From: Fibrobacterota bacterium
GTDB lineage: Bacteria; Fibrobacterota; Fibrobacteria; UBA11236
NCBI GenBank assembly: GCA_043753995.1
Contig: JAYUVP010000057.1
Coordinates: 1 to 14,417, forward strand
DNA length: 14,417 nt
Direction of reading: 5' to 3'
Shown here: positions 1-6,137 of the stretch, piece by piece
Numbering within the stretch: the first letter of the stretch is position 1
Layout: each line of letters begins with the position of its first letter
The notes under the pieces: generated by a model
Told to the model about the DNA's origin: nothing
The model's input: only the letters and a program-made list of their open reading frames with translations
Databases searched by the model: none
Program-made: the position numbers and the translations under genes

Positions 1-260
1 GTAGCGAAAGACCCCGCAGGCACTGGGGTCTCCTACGCTAGACTTTCGGTACGCGATCGGAGAAGCGCACCCACGCACCGAGTCTCGCGGCCATGGCGAA
101 GGGGCGGCGGTGAGCGCCTGAAAACAGGCTCGCTCCGCAGGCCGGTGCTAGCTGGGTAAGACCAAAAGGCCGAGGACCCGCGAGCCTGTTTTCAGGCCGA
201 ACATCAGCCGCCCCGTACAAGCGCCGAGGAGGCTGGAGCGTGGGGGAGACTTCCCCCGCC
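1..260. repeat. Hairpin-rich palindromic intergenic element (REP/REPIN- or MITE-like, or a structured ncRNA), possibly truncated at the window start
   Basis: Perfect 18-bp inverted repeat GCCTGAAAACAGGCTCGC (116-133) / GCGAGCCTGTTTTCAGGC (180-197), enclosed by GGGGCGGC (101-108) / GCCGCCCC (207-214). Further stems: AGACCCC (9-15) / GGGGTCT (25-31), an imperfect stem at 40-55 / 72-85, and GGGGGA-GACT-TCCCCC (242-257). No credible CDS. Confidence 0.65.
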
Positions 261-288
261 AAACGTGTATTTTTGCAATTCTACTCCT

Positions 289-294
289 GAGGGG
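289..294 (+). promoter_or_regulatory. Shine-Dalgarno site for araB
   Basis: GAGGGG lies 6 nt upstream of ATG 301. Confidence 0.7.
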
Positions 295-300
295 AATGCT

Positions 301-2016
301 ATGACGCGCTATGCCATTGGCTTGGATTATGGGACGAATTCTTGTCGCGCTTTGTTGGTGAATTTGGCGACGGGGGAGGAGTTGGCGCAAAGTGTCTTTG
401 CGTATCCGAGCGGGGAAATGGGCGTATTGGTGGATGCCGCGAATCCGCATGTGGCGCGTCAGAGCGCGGCGGATTATTTGTTGGGTTTGGAAAGTTGTTT
501 GGTGCAGGTGTTGAAGGCGGCAAGTGCCAAGGAGGCGAAGTTTTCGGCCCAGGATGTGGTGGGCATTGGCGTGGATTCGACGGGGAGTACGCCCATACCT
601 GTCGATGGCGAAGGCGTTCCGCTGGAATTTGATGCGCGATGGAAAAAGCATTTGGCGGCCTATACTTGGTTGTGGAAAGACCACACCTCTTATGCTGAGG
701 CAGCGGAAATCACGCGCTTGGCCAAGCAAATGCGCCCGCAATATTTGGCGAAGTGTGGCGGAGCATACAGTTCAGAATGGTTTTGGGCCAAGCTTTGGCA
801 TTGCAAAAAAGAGAATCCGGAAGTTTTTGCCGCGGCGAAGAGCTGGGTGGAATTGTGCGATTGGTTGCCGGCGGTTTTGAGTGGCAATACGCATCCATCG
901 AAAGTGAGGCGTGGCATTTGCGCGGCGGGCCATAAGGCCATGTTCAATGCTTCGTGGGGTGGCTTGCCCGACAAAGAATTTTTAACGGCCTTGGATCCTG
1001 ATTTGGCGGCATTGAGAGACAGGCTTTATTCGAAGGCTTATCCGGCGGATGAAAAGGCTGGCACCTTGAGCGCGGAATGGGCCAAGAAGACGGGTTTGCG
1101 CGAGGGCATTGCCATAGCCGTGGGTGCTTTCGACGCGCATATGGGCGCGGTCGGCGCTGGCGTGCAAGAAGGCGCCTTGGTGAAAATTTTGGGAACGAGC
1201 ACATGTGACATCATGGTGTGGCCGACAAGCAAACCCCTGGCGGATATTCCGGGCGTTTGCGGTGTGGTCGAAGGATCGGTGATGGGCGGCCATCATGGCA
1301 TTGAAGCCGGGCAAAGCGCGGTGGGCGATTTGTTTTTGTGGTTTGTGCATCAAGGCGTTCCAGATCGCTATGGCAAAACCATGGACGAAAAATTTGTCGC
1401 TTTGGAAAAAGGAGCCGGGGAGTTGAAGGCGGGTGAGACCGGACTATTGGCCTTGGATTGGAATAATGGCAATCGCACCATTCTCGTGGATCAACGCCTC
1501 ACCGGTTTGATGTTGGGCCAGACTTTGCACACGGAGGCGCATGAGCAATATCGTGCCTTGATGGAAGCTACGGCCTTCGGGGCTTTGCGTATTATCGAAC
1601 GCGTTGAAGAGAGCGGCGTGCCGATTCGCGAAGTGATTAATTGCGGGGGATTGGCCGACAAGAATCCGGTATTCATGCAAATCTATGCCGACGTGACGGG
1701 CCGACCTATGAAGGTGGCACGTAGCACCCAGACTTGCGCTTTGGGCGCGGCGATTTTCGGTGCGGTGGCGGCGGGCGAACAGGCAGGAGGTTTTGCCAGC
1801 GTGGCCGAGGCCCAGAAAAAATTGAGCGGCATGCGCGATCGCGTTTTCGTGCCGAATGCTAAGGAGCATGCGGTGTACCGGAAGCTTTATGGATTATATC
1901 GCGATTTGCATGATGCCTTCGGCTTCGCAGGTAAGCCGGCAGATTTGTTTCATGTGATGAAGGATTTGTTGGCGATTCGCGAAAAGGTCGCGGCCGATCG
2001 CGTGGGAGGAGTTTGA
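301..2016 (+). CDS. araB: L-ribulokinase (FGGY carbohydrate kinase family)
   Basis: N-terminal YAIGLDYGTNSCRALLV phosphate-1 motif, plus IGVDSTGSTPIPVD, LWKDHT, YSSEWFWAK, CAAGHKAM, GAFDAHMGAVG, ILGTSTCD, IEAGQSAVGD, LALDWNNGNR, EATAFG and MQIYADV, all characteristic of AraB. It is adjacent to araD. Start moved from GTG 265 to ATG 301 because of the SD and the family N-terminus. Confidence 0.95.
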   Translation: MTRYAIGLDYGTNSCRALLVNLATGEELAQSVFAYPSGEMGVLVDAANPHVARQSAADYLLGLESCLVQVLKAASAKEAKFSAQDVVGIGVDSTGSTPIPVDGEGVPLEFDARWKKHLAAYTWLWKDHTSYAEAAEITRLAKQMRPQYLAKCGGAYSSEWFWAKLWHCKKENPEVFAAAKSWVELCDWLPAVLSGNTHPSKVRRGICAAGHKAMFNASWGGLPDKEFLTALDPDLAALRDRLYSKAYPADEKAGTLSAEWAKKTGLREGIAIAVGAFDAHMGAVGAGVQEGALVKILGTSTCDIMVWPTSKPLADIPGVCGVVEGSVMGGHHGIEAGQSAVGDLFLWFVHQGVPDRYGKTMDEKFVALEKGAGELKAGETGLLALDWNNGNRTILVDQRLTGLMLGQTLHTEAHEQYRALMEATAFGALRIIERVEESGVPIREVINCGGLADKNPVFMQIYADVTGRPMKVARSTQTCALGAAIFGAVAAGEQAGGFASVAEAQKKLSGMRDRVFVPNAKEHAVYRKLYGLYRDLHDAFGFAGKPADLFHVMKDLLAIREKVAADRVGGV

Positions 2017-2017
2017 C

Positions 2018-2725
2018 ATGATGCTTGAGGCTTTAAGGCAGCAAGTGCTGCTCGCTAACAAAGAAATCGCGCGCACGGGTTTGGCCCAGCTCACCTGGGG
2101 CAATGTGAGTGGCATCGATCGCGCCACAGGCATTGTGATGATTAAGCCGAGTGGCGTGGACTATGCTCAATTACGGGCGGAAGACTTGGTTGCCGTCGAC
2201 TTGGATGGAAAGGTGGTAGAAGGCAAGCTGCGTCCGAGTAGTGATACCGCTACCCATGTAAAGCTGTATCGAGCCTTTCCAAAAATCGGTGGCGTGACCC
2301 ACACCCACAGCACTTTTGCCACGGCCTTTGCCCAGGCGCTTCGGGAAATTCCCTGCTTGGGGACTACGCATGCCGATCACTTTTTAGGCCCAGTGCCGCT
2401 GACACGAAATTTGACGCGCGAAGAATTGGACGAAGACTATGAGGGAAATACTGGTGAGGTGATTATCGAGCGCTTTCTCAAAGGGAATCCCCCGATAGAG
2501 CCGGGCGATATGCCCGCCGTGCTGGTAGCGCATCATGCGCCATTCACTTGGGGCAAAAATGCCATGGACGCTTTGAAAAACGCGATTGCCTTGGAAAATG
2601 TGGCGGCCATGGCCTTGCATACCTTCGCTTTGAGCCCTCAGACTGGCGCCATTCCCGGCCATGTGCTCGACAAACACTTTGAGCGCAAGCATGGGCCGAA
2701 TGCCTACTATGGCCAGCCGGCCTGA
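2018..2725 (+). CDS. araD: L-ribulose-5-phosphate 4-epimerase (class II aldolase/adducin fold)
   Basis: TWGNVS, IKPSGVDY, PSSDTATH, THTHS (Zn ligands), GTTHADHF, VLVAHHAPFTWG and C-terminal DKHFERKHGPNAYYGQ. GGAGGA SD at 2005-2010, and the ATG is 1 nt after the araB stop. The start could be 2018 or 2021. Confidence 0.96.
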   Translation: MMLEALRQQVLLANKEIARTGLAQLTWGNVSGIDRATGIVMIKPSGVDYAQLRAEDLVAVDLDGKVVEGKLRPSSDTATHVKLYRAFPKIGGVTHTHSTFATAFAQALREIPCLGTTHADHFLGPVPLTRNLTREELDEDYEGNTGEVIIERFLKGNPPIEPGDMPAVLVAHHAPFTWGKNAMDALKNAIALENVAAMALHTFALSPQTGAIPGHVLDKHFERKHGPNAYYGQPA

Positions 2726-2746
2726 AGCAAAGGCATAATAAGAGGA

Positions 2747-5605
2747 ATGGTTGGAAACTCCTTGAGCATCGACTTGTCCAAAGCGAACTTGAAAAGTCAT
2801 CCGGTCGGGCAATCGCCGGAATTGGCCGATGGCCCTTCGCGTGAAGCGGCCTTACTGGCGGAAATCGCCAGCCTGCGATCGCGAGTCAAACAGCTCGAAG
2901 AGCAACAGCCACGTTACCGTGATATTTTTGGATCGCATCCTCAAGGCGAGCTTTCCAAAGGCTTTTTCGTGCCCACGGGATCCTGGGACTGGGATTTAGC
3001 CAGCAATGAAGTGTTTTGGTCCGACGAGCTTTACGGCATTTTAGGATATGAAAAAGGACGCGACCGTCCCTCGGCGGAGGCCTTCGCGGCTGCCTTGCAT
3101 CCTGAAGATCGTCCTGCCATGGAGGCAGCCATAGTTTTGGCTTTGAAAGAAGGCGTGGCTCGGCGTACTGCGGTGCGAGTGCTAATTCGCGACGGGAGCA
3201 TTCGGCATTTGCAAACCGAAGGCATTGTGATTCGCAATGGTTTGGGGCAAGCCGTGCGCATGATGGGAATAATCATTGACGCCACGGAATTCTCAGGGCA
3301 AGCTGAGGCCAATTGGCGCTCGAATCAATTGCTGCATGAGGCTCAAGTTCTCGCCGATGCGGGAAGCTTGGTTTGGAATCTGGATGAAGGCTGGATGGAA
3401 TTGTCGGAAGGGGCGCGGCACATCGCAGGCTTGCCGCCCAAACCGCGCATCACCGTCGCTGAAGCTGTTCATATCCTGCATCCCGAGGATCGCGCATCGA
3501 TGTTGGGCTACATGGATAAGGCCATGCGCGATACCGATCTCGACATAATCGAAATCGAATACCGAATCTTGAGGCCCGACGGTGAAGTTCGGCAAATCCT
3601 GCAACGCAGCCGAAAATTGGATGGCGGCGCGGGTTCGGCGCGCATGCGGCTATCGACTGTGCTCGATGTCACCCATACCAGGCAAACCGAAGACGCTTTA
3701 CGGCGTAGCAATCAATTGCTTCAAGAGGCCCAATTGCTTGGCCAATCGGGTTATTGGATTTGGAATTTGGATAATGGCAAGGTCCAATGGTCGGACACGC
3801 TTTGCGACTTCACGGGTATGCAGGTGGGTGGCGAAAAAAATATCCGTGCTCTCGTTGAGCATGTCCATCCTGAAGACCGAACCCGAGTCGGCATGGCCAT
3901 GCAGGCGGCCATGCATGGTGCGGCGCAAATGACGACCGAGTTTCGCGTGATTCTGCCCAATGGCAGTGTTCGCCATATCCTGCAGAGATCAAGGCCCTAC
4001 GATGCGCCGATGCTGGGTGCGGGACGGGTGCGGCTGGGAACCATGGTCGATATCACCGATTTGCGGCGCGCCGAAGCCCGATTGGAACAAGAGCATTATA
4101 TCGCAGAAACGGCCATGAGACTGGTTAAGGCCGGAAGCTGGGTTTACGATCCTTGCAGCGAATCAGTGACATGGTCGGACGACCTTTATGCGCTTTTCGG
4201 CGTTCCACTGGCAACCAAGGTGACGCATGAATTTTTTAGCAGCCTTGTGCACCCCGACGATTTGTATCAAGTGCATCAGCTTCATCACGATTTGCTTTCG
4301 CTTTCAGGTTTGCAAATGCGGACTATTCGCATCCTACGCCCCGACAATGGCGAGACTCGTTATTTCGAAATAAAGGGAGATTGGGTCGGAGGCAAGGGTG
4401 ATTCCAAAATGGGCCGGATATTCGTGGGTATCAATATCGATATCACAGAAAGATTGCGCCTGGACGCTGCGCAGCGGCAGCAACAAAAATTGGAAGTAAT
4501 TGGCCGGCTCGCTGGAGGTGTGGCCCATGACTTCAACAATTTACTGACCGTGATTTTGGGGCATGCCGAAGAATTGGATGAGGAAGCCCCGCATGCACGC
4601 TTAGGGCAAATCCTGAAGGCTGGCCGGTTGGGCGCCGCTTTAACCCAGCGTTTGTTGGCTTTTAGCCGCCAGGCCGTGGTCCGTCCACAAAAATTGGACC
4701 TTTCGGCTTTGATACAGAGCATGGCCTCCCTATTGGAGCGCCTATTGGGTGACGAAATAACAGTCGAATTTGATTTGAGCGAAGAATTGCCACAGATTTC
4801 GGCGGATGTCGGACAGGTGGAGCAAGTGCTGCTCAATCTCGCCATCAATGCCCGCGATGCCATGCCCCAAGGCGGAAGACTCATGGTGAAAACCCGCCAC
4901 ATGGCCCAAGTGCCGGATATGGCCTTGCCTCGGTCCATCAAGGTCGAAGGGGAGAGGGTTGTTGATTCCTATGTCATGCTATCGGTGGAGGATACGGGAA
5001 CCGGCATGCCTATCGAAGTGATAGAACGTCTCTTCGAGCCATTTTTCACGACCAAGGATATTGGCAAAGGGACGGGACTTGGGCTGTCTACGGTGCTTTC
5101 CATACTCACGGAAGCGCGAGGTCGTATTGCCTTGCATAATCAACCGGGTCGGGGGGCTCGTTTCGAAGTGTTTTGGCCTTCGCTGGTAGAAGAAGAGGAT
5201 ATCGAGCCCGCATTACCCGTTTCGATAATCGGCATGCTGCACCAAGAGGCTAGTTGGGTGGTCGTGGTGGAAGACAATCACGAATTTCGCCGTCTTCTGG
5301 TGGAGATGCTGGAGTCGGGTGGGCATGCGGTGCAAGCTTATGCCACATCGGAAGCAGCCATGTCGATGGACGATGTGACCTTGACGCGTGTTGTTGCCCT
5401 GGTGACCGACATCGTTTTACCGGGAGCGCCTGGCCAGCGTGTTGCGCAGAGTTTGCGGGAAAGAAAGCCTTCGCTCGCCGTGCTATTTATTTCGGGATAT
5501 CCCCGCCTGGATCTGGAAGAGCCTATTGAGGGAGAATTTCTGCAAAAGCCCTTCAATCGCATGCAATTGCTCAATACCGTGGAAGGCATGCTTAAACCGC
5601 AATAA
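2747..5605 (+). CDS. Cytoplasmic hybrid sensor histidine kinase: coiled coil, 4x PAS/PAC, HisKA, HATPase_c, receiver (CckA-like architecture)
   Basis: Four PAS_3-type units (GSWDWDL..WSDE..LHPEDR; GSLVWNL..LHPEDR; GYWIWNL..VHPEDR; GSWVYD..VHPDD..DITER). H-box AGGVAHDFNNLLTVI, N-box QVLLNLAINARDAM, G1 VEDTGTGM, F/G2 FEPFFTTKDIGKGTGLGL. Receiver VVEDN..VTDIVLPG..FISGY..LQKPF. No TM segment seen. Exact start uncertain because GAGGA abuts ATG 2747. Confidence 0.93.
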   Translation: MVGNSLSIDLSKANLKSHPVGQSPELADGPSREAALLAEIASLRSRVKQLEEQQPRYRDIFGSHPQGELSKGFFVPTGSWDWDLASNEVFWSDELYGILGYEKGRDRPSAEAFAAALHPEDRPAMEAAIVLALKEGVARRTAVRVLIRDGSIRHLQTEGIVIRNGLGQAVRMMGIIIDATEFSGQAEANWRSNQLLHEAQVLADAGSLVWNLDEGWMELSEGARHIAGLPPKPRITVAEAVHILHPEDRASMLGYMDKAMRDTDLDIIEIEYRILRPDGEVRQILQRSRKLDGGAGSARMRLSTVLDVTHTRQTEDALRRSNQLLQEAQLLGQSGYWIWNLDNGKVQWSDTLCDFTGMQVGGEKNIRALVEHVHPEDRTRVGMAMQAAMHGAAQMTTEFRVILPNGSVRHILQRSRPYDAPMLGAGRVRLGTMVDITDLRRAEARLEQEHYIAETAMRLVKAGSWVYDPCSESVTWSDDLYALFGVPLATKVTHEFFSSLVHPDDLYQVHQLHHDLLSLSGLQMRTIRILRPDNGETRYFEIKGDWVGGKGDSKMGRIFVGINIDITERLRLDAAQRQQQKLEVIGRLAGGVAHDFNNLLTVILGHAEELDEEAPHARLGQILKAGRLGAALTQRLLAFSRQAVVRPQKLDLSALIQSMASLLERLLGDEITVEFDLSEELPQISADVGQVEQVLLNLAINARDAMPQGGRLMVKTRHMAQVPDMALPRSIKVEGERVVDSYVMLSVEDTGTGMPIEVIERLFEPFFTTKDIGKGTGLGLSTVLSILTEARGRIALHNQPGRGARFEVFWPSLVEEEDIEPALPVSIIGMLHQEASWVVVVEDNHEFRRLLVEMLESGGHAVQAYATSEAAMSMDDVTLTRVVALVTDIVLPGAPGQRVAQSLRERKPSLAVLFISGYPRLDLEEPIEGEFLQKPFNRMQLLNTVEGMLKPQ

Positions 5606-5645
5606 GTATCGCAGACCCGCCTTAAATGCGAGCTATTTTCTGCCG

Positions 5646-6095
5646 ATGAAAACCGAAAATTTGACATCGCTCCGTGAATCCCGCGGATTGGAGCCTGAAG
5701 CTATCGCCTTGCTCATCAATATGGAGCCAGACGATGTCCTGAGATTTGAAGCCGATCCGGCGGCGGCCCTCGAAGAGTTGGACATGCATCAATGGACCCA
5801 ATGGTCGTCGAATTTGGGCATGCCCCTGTTGGAGCTTTTGGCCATGCTCAAGTTATGCGAAATAGGAACCGTTATCCCGGTCACCTTTCGCGAATGGCGC
5901 GATGCCATCGGAGTCTTGGTAGCGGAATTGGGTGGCTTGGAAATCGCCGAGGAGCGCATTGGCTGGGATTTGGCCGATTTCATTCGTGATCCTGAAGACG
6001 GTTGGTCACGGAAACTGATATTCTTTCGCAGCGTAGCCAAGGCCGTGGGCCGTGATTGGCGAGGCGTGGCGGGGGCTTATGGCACGCCGGCTTGA
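5646..6095 (+). CDS. Small XRE/Cro-like helix-turn-helix protein (149 aa), possibly with a second degenerate HTH
   Basis: From ATG 5646: LTSLRESRGLEPEAIALLINMEPDDVLRFE resembles the XRE HTH pattern. The upstream extension of the ORF to 5439 overlaps the kinase and is not protein-like. Confidence 0.65.
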   Translation: MKTENLTSLRESRGLEPEAIALLINMEPDDVLRFEADPAAALEELDMHQWTQWSSNLGMPLLELLAMLKLCEIGTVIPVTFREWRDAIGVLVAELGGLEIAEERIGWDLADFIRDPEDGWSRKLIFFRSVAKAVGRDWRGVAGAYGTPA

Positions 6096-6100
6096 TCTAG

Positions 6101-6124
6101 AGACCGCAGGGAGTGGGTCGGTCT
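6101..6124. other. Short hairpin between convergent stop codons
   Basis: AGACCG (6101-6106) / CGGTCT (6119-6124) within a 42-nt gap between convergent genes. No U-tract. Confidence 0.3.
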
Positions 6125-6137
6125 AGGACAATCTTAA

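Noticed and set aside
38..262. 74-aa minus-strand ORF over the palindromic element
   Set aside because: No recognisable motif or SD. GC-rich palindromic DNA is poor in stop codons, so a chance ORF is expected.
268..276. TATTTTTGC matching the Bacteroidota-type -7 promoter motif TAnnTTTG
   Set aside because: A single short match in a T-rich patch with no matching -33 TTTG. Clear SD use in this window also argues against a typical Bacteroidota host.
265..300. GTG 265 start for araB
   Set aside because: ATG 301 has an SD and matches the family N-terminus.
148..741. 197-aa minus-strand ORF and other short ORFs antisense to araB/araD
   Set aside because: Shadow ORFs opposite well-supported genes, with Arg/His-rich composition typical of antisense frames.
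5439..5645. N-terminal extension of the HTH ORF (218-aa version)
   Set aside because: It overlaps the kinase receiver domain out of frame and is not protein-like.
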